Below, piece by piece: positions 26,411 to 34,936 of a stretch of DNA of 54,250 nucleotides. A program made the position numbers and the translations under genes. Within the stretch, counting starts at the first letter, position 1; the number at the start of each line of letters is the position of its first letter. The DNA is from a virus (lineage: Duplodnaviria; Caudoviricetes), in IMG/VR virus record IMGVR_UViG_3300033485_000018, positions 1 through 54,250 of that record. One strand, written 5' to 3'. The notes under the pieces were generated by a model, which was not told the DNA's origin, made no database searches, and worked only from the letters and a program-made list of their open reading frames with translations.

Positions 26411-27496
26411 CTACGCGGCGACCTGTACCGCGTCGAGCAGGCGCGACGCGCGCCGCTCAAGGTCAAGCCGTTCGTCGCCGAACGGGGCTTCCTGCGCCTG
26501 GGCCGTGAGGCCCTGCACAACCGACCAGAGCGCTCGGGGATTGGCCCCCGGCTCGGCTTCGGCCAGCTCGAGCGCGCGCTTGCTTTCGTTCTGGGTGAAG
26601 CCGCGCGCCTTGAGCCAGCTCTTGACGTCCTTCTCGCTGCGCCCGACCTCGATTTCTCGCGCTTTTCGGATCATGCTGACGGTCTCTTCACTGCCCGCCG
26701 TCAGGTAGCGCTCGATGGCGGGCTGCGCTTCGCGGATGTAGCGCATGGGGCCGCCCGAGGTGTGCCGGATCTTGAGGCTGGCGAGCTCGCGTCCACCCCA
26801 AATGATCCGGTTGTCGCAGATCGTGCGGTACAGAAAGCCGATGATCTCCAGGGTCGCCGCGCCCACCTCGGAATTCCTCGCAATGAATCCGCGGTAGAGC
26901 TGCTCGGTGCCTTGCGTGCCCGGTACCTCGATCGCGTTTTGGTCATCGACCAGGCACACGAAGCAGTCGCGGTCGCTCGCGTAGAGCGTCGTGGCGCGCT
27001 TCGGATTCGAGGTGGCGTAGGATGCGGCGGGCACTTTCCACCGCTCCAGGTCCAGGTGTTGGAGAATCGCGCCGCTCAGCTCGGCGTCATAGATCCGGCC
27101 GTATGTGTCTGAGGTAATGGCGTCGACCCCCCAGGCGTTCTCACCCTTGCGTAGCAGGAGCTTAGCGTCTTCGCGTTGCTGCTCGAGCGAATACTGCAAA
27201 GGGATCTGCGCCAGCTCCGCGGGGAGCGTGCGTAAATAGCCGGCCGGGGCGCCCGCGCGTTGCGCGAGTTGCCCGAAGGCCCAATGCGACAGGACGGCGC
27301 CCGACCCCTTCGTGGGGTCGGTGAGAAGCAACCGCCCGCCATCGTCAGCTCTGACTTGCAGGTGATCGAGCGCGACGCCGCGCTCCAAAGAAGCGGCGCG
27401 CTTGCTTTCGTTGAAAGCGTGCAGCTCGGGCACGCTCACGAAGCGCTGATCGTTAGGACGGCTGGCCCACTCGCGGCTGATCTGCATGGTATCCAT
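26411..27496 (-). CDS. DUF932/DUF945-family protein
   Basis: SREWASRPNDQRF, TLYASDRDCFVCLVD, RGFIARNSEVG, ICDNRIIWG, IRHT motifs; GAGGAG RBS. Confidence 0.8.
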   Translation of the reverse strand: MDTMQISREWASRPNDQRFVSVPELHAFNESKRAASLERGVALDHLQVRADDGGRLLLTDPTKGSGAVLSHWAFGQLAQRAGAPAGYLRTLPAELAQIPLQYSLEQQREDAKLLLRKGENAWGVDAITSDTYGRIYDAELSGAILQHLDLERWKVPAASYATSNPKRATTLYASDRDCFVCLVDDQNAIEVPGTQGTEQLYRGFIARNSEVGAATLEIIGFLYRTICDNRIIWGGRELASLKIRHTSGGPMRYIREAQPAIERYLTAGSEETVSMIRKAREIEVGRSEKDVKSWLKARGFTQNESKRALELAEAEPGANPRALWSVVQGLTAQAQEAPFGDERLDLERRASRLLDAVQVAA

Positions 27497-27543
27497 GGTA
27501 GCTCTCCTCGGGTTTCCGCGTAGCGTTATGCTATGCTTCGGCT

Positions 27544-27602
27544 CCCGCGACGCGCCGCGATCGGCGCGTTTCGGCCCGTGCCACGGGCCATCGTCAGGCG
27601 GG
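27544..27602 (-). ncRNA. Hammerhead ribozyme, type I (copy 2, GUC site)
   Basis: cccgc-CUGACGA-u-ggcccgu(ggc)acgggcc-GAAA-cgcgccg(aucg)cggcgc-GUC-gcggg. Confidence 0.85.
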
Positions 27603-27622
27603 TTTACTCGTTGACCACGAAA

Positions 27623-27673
27623 GCGCTCTGCGGGCTGGCCCAGGGCGCGAACCCTGAGCCGGCCGACGGAGCC
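27623..27673 (-). repeat. Duplicated intergenic hairpin element, copy B
   Basis: ggctccgtcggccggctcagggt(tcgc)gccctgggccagcccgcagagcgc directly after TAG. Confidence 0.7.
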
Positions 27674-27928
27674 CTAGGCCACCTCGCGGTTGCATAACAC
27701 CAGCACGGCGTCTCGGCCGATCGGTGTTCTTGGGACCCACGTGATCGTCGTCAGGATGATGAAGCCCCCACCGCCTTCCATGGCCGCATCACGCTGTCTC
27801 ACAGCTAGCAGAGCTGCGGCCGCGGAATCGTGGTTCTCGATCCACCCCGGGCTGCTTATGATGGTCCAATGATCCCCGTCGATCATTTCTTCGATTGTGA
27901 CGGTGGTTCTCCGAATTTCGATACTCAC
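27674..27928 (-). CDS. Hypothetical protein
   Basis: GTG start overlapping upstream stop; AGGAGG RBS. Confidence 0.6.
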   Translation of the reverse strand: MSIEIRRTTVTIEEMIDGDHWTIISSPGWIENHDSAAAALLAVRQRDAAMEGGGGFIILTTITWVPRTPIGRDAVLVLCNREVA

Positions 27929-28233
27929 GCCGCACCTCCTGCGCCGGTCACCGGGATCGCGACCCAGATCTCTCCCGCAGACGTGTAGTCGCCGACCAGA
28001 GAGCGCGCCCCTAGCTGCGGCGAGTAGTGTTGGAACGCCGGGCTCCCGTCGCGGTTGCGCGAGACCCCTTGATTGTACTGACCGCATACCGTTAGGTGCG
28101 TGCGGCGCTCTACGCTCTTGATGATGGCGGCGAGGGATCGTGTGCCAGTGGGCACGCGCACGGTGAACTTGCCGAGCCCCGTGGGGCCGTAACTGCTGAC
28201 CTGGATAGTGCGAGGGGTCTTGGACATTGGCAT
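27925..28233 (-). CDS. Hypothetical protein, first gene after early promoter
   Basis: ORF about 60 nt downstream of a -10 element; exact start uncertain. Confidence 0.5.
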   Translation of the reverse strand: MPMSKTPRTIQVSSYGPTGLGKFTVRVPTGTRSLAAIIKSVERRTHLTVCGQYNQGVSRNRDGSPAFQHYSPQLGARSLVGDYTSAGEIWVAIPVTGAGGAA

Positions 28234-28291
28234 CTCGGCTTGCCGGCCGGCCACCTTGGCCCGCCTTTGTGCGCCGCTCCTGATACCCTGA

Positions 28292-28320
28292 TTTATAGCC
28301 CAACCGCCGGCGGGTGTAAA
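28292..28320 (-). promoter_or_regulatory. Sigma70-type promoter with AT-rich upstream region
   Basis: TTTACA-N17-TATAAA within an AT-rich island. Confidence 0.8.
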
Positions 28321-28471
28321 CGACTATTTGCACTTTTCGCAAATTTATTTGCGCTACCTTTATATAGCGGATTTTGGTGCTTTCTGCCCGCGGGCGCGCA
28401 GGTGCGGGGCCAGATCCCGTTGTCCCCGCCACGGGTGCCACTCCGCGAGCGCGGTGGCGTGCCGCTCGGGT

Positions 28472-28636
28472 TCACAGTGCTCGCACGGGAGCAGCGCCCC
28501 CCAACAGCGCCTCAGCTTCGTCGTAGAGCGATACCGGCACCATCAAGGTCAACCCTACTAAGATCTGCTCGGTGTGGTAGACTCGCCGCGCGCAGCGCGG
28601 ACAGCGCGGACAGTGCGGGCACACCGGGTCAGTCAT
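28472..28636 (-). CDS. Small Cys-rich hypothetical protein
   Basis: MTDPVCPHCPRCPRC; overlaps upstream stop. Confidence 0.4.
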   Translation of the reverse strand: MTDPVCPHCPRCPRCARRVYHTEQILVGLTLMVPVSLYDEAEALLGGAAPVRAL

Positions 28637-28922
28637 CTCGCGCGGATCGCAAATTCGCCACGACACCCGAGAGTACCGTAGCCAAACAGTGTCGGCGCTC
28701 CCCTCGGCCATTTCTGAACCGCAAGATACGCTGCCCCCGCGCTTCGAGCACGACTTCGAGCGTGTAGATCGTGCGCGGCTGTACTGCCAAACGCGCGGCC
28801 GCGGTTGCGACGGTCACGCCTTTGGGTTGCTGCAAGAGCGTGAGTAGCTTCCCGAGGTGCTTCTCGCGGCGGGTGTGCCGGCCGTCGATCTTCTTCCCCT
28901 TCTTCGTCATGGTCCGTTTCAC
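28629..28922 (-). CDS. Helix-turn-helix DNA-binding protein
   Basis: VTVATAAARLAVQPRTIY HTH pattern. Confidence 0.6.
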   Translation of the reverse strand: MKRTMTKKGKKIDGRHTRREKHLGKLLTLLQQPKGVTVATAAARLAVQPRTIYTLEVVLEARGQRILRFRNGRGERRHCLATVLSGVVANLRSARDD

Positions 28923-29371
28923 TTTCTGGCCAGCGCCCAGAGGCCTAGGCCGATGGCATCGATCACATTATGTTTGATCGTTGCCGGTAATTTCAATCGC
29001 TCTAGCACCGAGCGTTCTTCGTGGTCAAGGCGCCCCAAGATCCGCTCGCCCATGATCGCTTTCGGCACGTTGCCTTTCCATGTATGCGGGAGAACCACGC
29101 TCGTCTCGCCCGCGGTGCCCTCGAAGGTCTGCATGATGCGCCCGACCGTCACGGCAACCGCAATCAAGTCGTTGGGGTCGCCGCGCCAGGCCCGTTGCTG
29201 GTAGACCTGCGGGAGCTCGATCACGACACGCGCCGCGATACTCGCGAAGCGTTGCCCCAGGGCGCGCCCCAGCGGTTCCTGTTCGATGCCGCAGCGCATG
29301 AGTAGCCCGCCGTCGAACGTTGCCCACGCCGCGGTATGAGCCCCAGGGTCGAACGCAATCAAGCGATCCAT
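28919..29371 (-). CDS. RuvC-like Holliday junction resolvase
   Basis: LIAFDPG, VVIELPQ, PHTWKG and HNVIDAIGLG motifs. Confidence 0.8.
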   Translation of the reverse strand: MDRLIAFDPGAHTAAWATFDGGLLMRCGIEQEPLGRALGQRFASIAARVVIELPQVYQQRAWRGDPNDLIAVAVTVGRIMQTFEGTAGETSVVLPHTWKGNVPKAIMGERILGRLDHEERSVLERLKLPATIKHNVIDAIGLGLWALARK

Positions 29372-30006
29372 GATGGCAACTCTCTACGCGCCCGCAAAAT
29401 AGCTTCGAGCGTGTTGTCGATGACGGTTGGCAAAGCATCCGCGGCGCTCACGATGCACCACGCGGGATCGTCGGCGTGCTGCGCCCAGAGCTTGCGATAC
29501 AGGCGAACGGTCTGCGCGACCAGCGACTCGTCGCCTTCGTAGCGCTCCCGCGCTTGCTTGCGTTCATCGCAACGCGCAATCGCTAGCGGCGGCGCCACGT
29601 CAAGTAGGATCGAAATATCGGGTTGCACAAGCGGCGCGTGAACCGCCTGCAACCAAGCGGCTTCGAGCCCATCAAGCTGCCCGTATACCCAGGCGCTGTG
29701 CCAGTAGCGGCACAGGATCAAGTCGCGATCGAGGCTGCCCGCGAAGAGCTCGAGCTCGTGCTGCGCTTCGAGCTTGTTCAAGCTTTGCAGCGCTTGGAAC
29801 GCGAGCGCGTTGTGCAGGCGCAGGTGCTTCGCCGAATCTTCTGAGCCATCTACCCACCAAAGTCGATTGAGGTACTGTTTGATCAGTTTGCCGGTCGGCG
29901 TATCATACATCGGGAAGCTCATCGGCCGCATCGGTCGCCGCGCCACCACACCCTTCGCGACGCTACTCTTGCCGCACCCATCCGCACCTTCGAGAACGAT
30001 GATCAT
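29359..30006 (-). CDS. tmk: Thymidylate (dTMP) kinase
   Basis: MIIVLEGADGCGKS P-loop, SFP, LILCRYWHS..YG and PDISILLDV motifs. Confidence 0.85.
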   Translation of the reverse strand: MIIVLEGADGCGKSSVAKGVVARRPMRPMSFPMYDTPTGKLIKQYLNRLWWVDGSEDSAKHLRLHNALAFQALQSLNKLEAQHELELFAGSLDRDLILCRYWHSAWVYGQLDGLEAAWLQAVHAPLVQPDISILLDVAPPLAIARCDERKQARERYEGDESLVAQTVRLYRKLWAQHADDPAWCIVSAADALPTVIDNTLEAILRARRELPSWIA

Positions 30007-30422
30007 GACTTTCGCCGTCCAATCTTTGCGAGGAACTCCCAAATAGTCGCGTGTGTTTCGGTCACCAGGTCGTGGAGGTAGAACGCTGTGATCCGACCGT
30101 CCTGCTCGAGCGGCCCGATCAGGTGGATCTCGGCGTGAGCTTCCCCGCGCAACCTGCGCCAGATCGCGTGCCCGAGCGCGACCCCCAGCTCGCAATGGGT
30201 TCCGCGGCCACCGGGAAGTAGCGCCACGAAGAGATCGGCCGCGACTACACCTTGCGCTTCCGCGTTTGCAACCTGGCGGATCCTTGTCGGGCCACCGCTC
30301 TGAACCGCGCCGTGCTCGGTCCAATCGTAGGTTTGCGTATGCCCGAGCGCTTTGAGGCAGCGCGCGAGCTCACGCTGCGCCTCGAAGTTCTCCAGCCGCG
30401 TCGCGATGTAGAAATTACTCAT
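30003..30422 (-). CDS. Nucleoside 2-deoxyribosyltransferase-like protein
   Basis: FYIA, ADLFVALLPGGRGTHCELGVA motifs. Confidence 0.75.
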   Translation of the reverse strand: MSNFYIATRLENFEAQRELARCLKALGHTQTYDWTEHGAVQSGGPTRIRQVANAEAQGVVAADLFVALLPGGRGTHCELGVALGHAIWRRLRGEAHAEIHLIGPLEQDGRITAFYLHDLVTETHATIWEFLAKIGRRKS

Positions 30423-30753
30423 GGGGCTTCTCCTCTTGTGGCAACACCAGGCGCACCGCGCCGAGCACGTGATCCGCCATCATCAGCACGAAGCGCACCA
30501 CGTCGGGCTGCGCCACCTTGAGGGTCGGGTTTTTTCGTTGCAGGTATTCTTGCGCGCGCTCGAACAGCGGAAGGTCGTCGCGGTAGATCGCCACCGCGGA
30601 ACGATCCCCCCGCACGAAAGCCGGCTTCTGAATCTGCGCGGGCGCCGCGAGCTGCTTCTCTTCGTCCCGCCGAGTTGCACACAGCTCCCCCCACGATGTC
30701 TTGCAGAAGGGGCAGTAGGCGTCGATTTCGTGCCCGCAACGACAGTGGCTCAT
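30415..30753 (-). CDS. Hypothetical protein
   Basis: N-terminal CxC..CxxC; overlaps neighbours. Confidence 0.55.
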   Translation of the reverse strand: MSHCRCGHEIDAYCPFCKTSWGELCATRRDEEKQLAAPAQIQKPAFVRGDRSAVAIYRDDLPLFERAQEYLQRKNPTLKVAQPDVVRFVLMMADHVLGAVRLVLPQEEKPHE

Positions 30754-30965
30754 AGCTTTTCCCGTGGCGCCTTCATAGGAAGCACCTCCCAGGTGCCCCA
30801 CCCGCTGCGCTCGAGCTTCCTTTTTATCGCGAGCGCCGCTTTCCTCGTTGCGAAGGGCCACGCCTTGAGCCGCTGCGCGACTACAACAAGCCCGGCGCTT
30901 CCCGCTTTGCAGGAGAAGAAGTAACCGTGCGTATCGTTGTGAAGCACCCAGGTCTTCGGCTTCAT
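30750..30965 (-). CDS. Hypothetical protein, paralog of 30962-31180
   Basis: WVLHN..GYF motif; ATGA overlaps. Confidence 0.65.
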   Translation of the reverse strand: MKPKTWVLHNDTHGYFFSCKAGSAGLVVVAQRLKAWPFATRKAALAIKRKLERSGWGTWEVLPMKAPREKL

Positions 30966-31180
30966 CGGTAGCCTCGGCGCGCCTTCGCGGGTAGCACGAA
31001 CCAAGGGCCGCGCCCGTATTGATCAAGCCACAGCTTCTCACGACGTGCTAAGGCCCGATTTTCGAACCGCTGTGCGTCGCGCCGATCGGAGACAGTACGC
31101 GGTACTCGGTCCGTGGTTCCCACGCAATCGTAGAAGTAGCCTAGCTTTGGGTTGTGAAGCACCCAGTCTTGCCGTTTCAT
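30962..31180 (-). CDS. Hypothetical protein, paralog of 30750-30965
   Basis: WVLHN..GYF motif; GGAGG RBS. Confidence 0.65.
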   Translation of the reverse strand: MKRQDWVLHNPKLGYFYDCVGTTDRVPRTVSDRRDAQRFENRALARREKLWLDQYGRGPWFVLPAKARRGYR

Positions 31181-31485
31181 GGTCCACCTCCGATAGCTGA
31201 GCGCCCACGCTTGGACGCGAACGTGAGCAGGTCGCCGACCTGCTCGAGTTTGGCTTCGCTGCGCGTGAGCGCGGTCTTGCAGATCTCCGCCTGCTTCTCG
31301 GTCTGTTGCAACGCTTCCCGCGTGGCGCTGAGCTCCCGCATGGCGCCGAACGCTACGACCCCCATCATTGCCGACAGCGAGAACGCCACGAGCAGGAGCG
31401 CGACCGCGCCGAACACGAACACGCGCTCGGTGATCGCAATCGGCACGATGGGCGTCACGTTCCCTGGCAAGCGATGGCGCGTCAC
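31177..31485 (-). CDS. TM plus coiled-coil hypothetical protein
   Basis: Hydrophobic helix followed by coiled coil. Confidence 0.55.
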   Translation of the reverse strand: MTRHRLPGNVTPIVPIAITERVFVFGAVALLLVAFSLSAMMGVVAFGAMRELSATREALQQTEKQAEICKTALTRSEAKLEQVGDLLTFASKRGRSAIGGGP

Positions 31486-31715
31486 GGAGCAGCCTCACGG
31501 AGCTTCTGGATCATGCCTGGCCACTCCGCCGGGTTTGTGCCGGTCTCGGCTAGGATGGCCATCAGCTTTTCGTGACACGCGGGATGGCATGCGGCGTGTT
31601 CGATGCCGAAGGCCTGCGCCACGACGGCGCTCGCGATCTTGCCCATCCCGCCCGCTTGCCCGCAGATCGCGCAGGGGTGGCCGCCGGGGGAGCCGCTAGG
31701 GGCTTGCGTACTCAT
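31482..31715 (-). CDS. Small Zn-binding hypothetical protein
   Basis: CAIC..CHPAC; ATGA overlap. Confidence 0.55.
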   Translation of the reverse strand: MSTQAPSGSPGGHPCAICGQAGGMGKIASAVVAQAFGIEHAACHPACHEKLMAILAETGTNPAEWPGMIQKLREAAP

Positions 31716-31960
31716 GTCTTGCTCTGCTCTTCAAGCTGATCGTGCAGAGCCCGGAAATCTGGTAATGCGCTATCCAACAGCTTGACGAATGCCCCACGTG
31801 GATATTTGGCGGGATAGCCTAGCTCCGCGGCCTCTTCGTTTTGCGCCCACATAGACGCGATTCGCACGCCGAGCCACACCGAACGTTCAAGCCGCGCCAC
31901 GCGCTGCTCCAGCCTTAGGAAGCATTGGTCGAGGGGGGTGCCTGGCTTCTCGTCCGTCAT
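31712..31960 (-). CDS. Hypothetical protein
   Basis: ATGA overlaps on both sides. Confidence 0.55.
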   Translation of the reverse strand: MTDEKPGTPLDQCFLRLEQRVARLERSVWLGVRIASMWAQNEEAAELGYPAKYPRGAFVKLLDSALPDFRALHDQLEEQSKT

Positions 31961-32217
31961 TTGGTTTTCCCTTCGAGCTGTTCGTTGATCTCGTCGAGGT
32001 CGAGCTTCGCGCGGGCGAGGAGCTGGTAGAACGCCACGGCATCGTAGGCTGGCGCGTAGCCCTGGGCTTTCCGCTGTTCGTTGGCCACCTGCATCGAGAC
32101 CATCTCGATCTCAACCGCCATCAGGCGCTCACGGCGTAGCATGAGCCGCTCTTCTTGCGCCGCGCTCTTGCGCCGGTGCGCCGGATAGGCGCGCTTCGCG
32201 TGTTTGGCTACCGTCAT
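31957..32217 (-). CDS. Hypothetical protein
   Basis: GGAGG RBS; ATGA overlap with polymerase stop. Confidence 0.6.
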   Translation of the reverse strand: MTVAKHAKRAYPAHRRKSAAQEERLMLRRERLMAVEIEMVSMQVANEQRKAQGYAPAYDAVAFYQLLARAKLDLDEINEQLEGKTK

Positions 32218-34115
32218 TTGGCTCTATCCTCCCAGGGCACATAGCGCCCGTGTTCGTCGAAAACCGCTTCGGCCTTCTTGCTCCAGTTGCGCATCAGGGC
32301 CGGGCTCGCGCGGGCTGGCACGTCGGGGGTTAGCTCTTCCATGGCGTCGCACATGACGCGCTCGAGCTCAACGGCCGCTTCGTGCGCGTAGGCTTCTGGC
32401 GCTTCGATCACGAGCTCATCGTGAAGGAACAGCACCGGGCGACAGCCGAGCAGCGCTGAGCCCGTGGTGCCGGGCGCACCATAGCAACGCTTCGTGACTT
32501 CCCACAACGCGAGCTTGGTGATCTCGCTACCCAGCCCTTGAAAATAGGTGTTGGCAGCCGCGGGGAATGAACAACCCCCGCGCAGGCGCCCCGAGGCGAG
32601 CTGCCGGATCTCCGCTTGCCCCCCGCCTTGGTCGCAAAGGTTCGTGATGATCTGGAAATAGGATCGCATCTCGGGGCGCTGCTGAAACCACGCGGCGCGC
32701 AGCGCTTCCGCTTGGTCGAGCGTCAACCGCAAGCCGTAGCCCTTGGCATAGAGCACGAACTTCCGCGCACCCATGCCGCCGGGGAACCCGAAGTTTGCGG
32801 CCTTGGCGCGCTGGCGCCCGTCGAGCATCGTCGGATCTTTGGCCGCCTTCGCACGCAAGGCGTCCGCGTAGCTCATACCGAGCAAGCCCGCGGCGAAGTC
32901 GGTGTGCGGGTCGTAATCGGGATCGGCTTGGTAGCGCTCGGCAAGAGCGCTGCGCCCGGTGAGCGTTTTTGTAACTTGCGCCAGCGCGCGCAGCTCTTGG
33001 CTATCGTAGTCGCTGGCGACCAGCACGCAACCTTCGCGCGCCTTGATGCACTCGCGCACCCCCGGCTCGCGTGGCGGTTGCTGCAAGGGTGGGTTACTGC
33101 AACTCGTGCGGCCCGAGTCTGCCCCGAGCACCGCGAAGTAGGCGTGAATCGGATCGTTGCCGGCCGCGAGGAACTTATCCACTAGGCCGCTGAGCTGCTT
33201 CTCCGCGCGTTTGAAATCGACCAAGGCATCGAGCGCAGGGTGGTCGCACTGTTCGATCGTAGCGGCTGCCGTCGAGATCGCGCCCTTCGCGGTACGCGGC
33301 ACTTCACTCTCACCTAGCCAAGCTGCCTCGATCAGGTCGCGGATCGCGGCCATCTTCTTGGAGCCCTTCTTTGGATCCAAGAGCCCCGCGGCCCTGAGCT
33401 CGATAGTTGCCGCGGCGCACCGCGCGAGGAGCTGCTCGCGCAGCGCCTGCACCCGCGGCGGGTCGACCACCACACCCCAACACAACATGAGCTGGAGCGC
33501 GAAAGCGAACGCGGCTTGCCGCCCACATTCGTCCGGCCACGCAGCGTAGTGGGGGAACAGGCGATCGATCTCAGCCTCTTGATGGTACCAAACATCCCGC
33601 GCCGTGCTGGCGTCGTCTTTGGCGTAGTCCTTCGCGCCCTGTGGCCATTTCTCGAGCGGCACCCCGGCAAGCTGCGCGTAGTTCAAGCGCCAAGTATCTT
33701 TGTCCAAGGTGCGCCCGAGGCGCGCGGTCGCGATGGCCGCCAGCGAATGCTCTTTGTAGTGGACGTTGCCCTCTTCATCTTCGTCGGTGTAGCGCGAGCC
33801 CCGCGCGATGTCGATCAAGCGCTCGCGGACCTGGGTGCAATGCACGCGCTTCTGTTCGTAGGCGTTCCAGATCGCGGGTGCGGTCTGCGGCGCGTGCTCA
33901 AGTAGGCACGCGGTATCATAGGCGATATTGTGTCCCGCCACGAGCTCCGCCTTACCGAACGCGCTCTCGACAACCGGGGTCGCATCCTCCGCGATCATGA
34001 GCAAGGGGTCCCCGCCAGCTATCCCGAACGATGCACAGACGATCTTAGGGGCGCGGTTGCCCGGCCCGAAGCATGAGGTCTCAGTATCGATCGAAACTGG
34101 GTGGCGGGGATCCAT
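32214..34115 (-). CDS. polA: Family A DNA polymerase with 3'-5' exonuclease
   Basis: Exo motifs IDTET, GHNIAYD, YAKDD; pol motifs SGRTS, DYDSQELR, RQRAKAANFG, LHDE; start taken at MDPRHP. Confidence 0.92.
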   Translation of the reverse strand: MDPRHPVSIDTETSCFGPGNRAPKIVCASFGIAGGDPLLMIAEDATPVVESAFGKAELVAGHNIAYDTACLLEHAPQTAPAIWNAYEQKRVHCTQVRERLIDIARGSRYTDEDEEGNVHYKEHSLAAIATARLGRTLDKDTWRLNYAQLAGVPLEKWPQGAKDYAKDDASTARDVWYHQEAEIDRLFPHYAAWPDECGRQAAFAFALQLMLCWGVVVDPPRVQALREQLLARCAAATIELRAAGLLDPKKGSKKMAAIRDLIEAAWLGESEVPRTAKGAISTAAATIEQCDHPALDALVDFKRAEKQLSGLVDKFLAAGNDPIHAYFAVLGADSGRTSCSNPPLQQPPREPGVRECIKAREGCVLVASDYDSQELRALAQVTKTLTGRSALAERYQADPDYDPHTDFAAGLLGMSYADALRAKAAKDPTMLDGRQRAKAANFGFPGGMGARKFVLYAKGYGLRLTLDQAEALRAAWFQQRPEMRSYFQIITNLCDQGGGQAEIRQLASGRLRGGCSFPAAANTYFQGLGSEITKLALWEVTKRCYGAPGTTGSALLGCRPVLFLHDELVIEAPEAYAHEAAVELERVMCDAMEELTPDVPARASPALMRNWSKKAEAVFDEHGRYVPWEDRAK

Positions 34116-34119
34116 GGGG

Positions 34120-34626
34120 CTACGCCTTTTTGAACGGGGGCAGCCCCGCCTTCGCACGAAGCTCGGCCGCGTTCGCCGCGGTCGCGGCGTCGACCGGGCG
34201 CCACAGGTGCTTCGTAAACCGTTTGCCGGTCTTCTCGCTTTGCTTGTGGTAGCACTCGAGCGCGAGCAAGGTGCCAGCCTTAGGCTGCTCCACGCTCGTC
34301 ACGATGTCCACGACTTCTGCTGTGATCTGTTCCGGTTTCGCATCGGGGAACAGGGTGCAAAAGAAACGCTTTGCGTCGTCCTTCGCGCTTGGGTGATTTG
34401 AGTTGAGTATCTGGGCAACGTCCTGCATACCGGCCGGGCGCGCGGCGCAGTTGCTCTGCAAGATGTCCGTCGAGATGATCAGCATCTCGGCGCCTGGGTG
34501 CTTCGGATTTTGCGAGGTGCGCTGCTTCACGACTTTGAGCTGCACCACGTATTGCCCCGGCTCGAAGTAGAGCCCAGAGCCTTCGGTTGGCTTTGCGTCT
34601 GCAATTTGTTGTGCGAACATTCCCAT
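34120..34626 (-). CDS. Putative single-stranded DNA-binding protein
   Basis: YFEPGQYVV beta-rich sequence directly upstream of polymerase; GGAG RBS. Confidence 0.5.
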   Translation of the reverse strand: MGMFAQQIADAKPTEGSGLYFEPGQYVVQLKVVKQRTSQNPKHPGAEMLIISTDILQSNCAARPAGMQDVAQILNSNHPSAKDDAKRFFCTLFPDAKPEQITAEVVDIVTSVEQPKAGTLLALECYHKQSEKTGKRFTKHLWRPVDAATAANAAELRAKAGLPPFKKA

Positions 34627-34708
34627 GACTTACTCCGTTTACGTTTCGCGTTCGCTTTTCGCGTTCGCTGTGTTCTCGCCACGCGCGCACCATGCGCGCT
34701 TGGCAGCT

Positions 34709-34936
34709 TCAATACTCGAGGTCTTCTTGGTTCGCGAACCAGCGCGGCACCTCCACCGTCAAGCGGTCGGCGTGAACTACGCTAATCGATTTCGGGATCC
34801 AAACGGTGCTCCCCAGGATCCCTGCGGTCAGCTTGAACAGATGCGCCTGCTCGGTCTCGCGCGCGATGCGAAAAAAAGCGATCTCTACGCCTTCCTCGCC
34901 GTCGCCCGAATCATCGTAGTCATCATCCCACGACAT
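34709..34936 (-). CDS. Hypothetical protein
   Basis: RETEQAHLF..VWIPKS..VPRWFA small phage-protein pattern; GGAGG RBS. Confidence 0.6.
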   Translation of the reverse strand: MSWDDDYDDSGDGEEGVEIAFFRIARETEQAHLFKLTAGILGSTVWIPKSISVVHADRLTVEVPRWFANQEDLEY

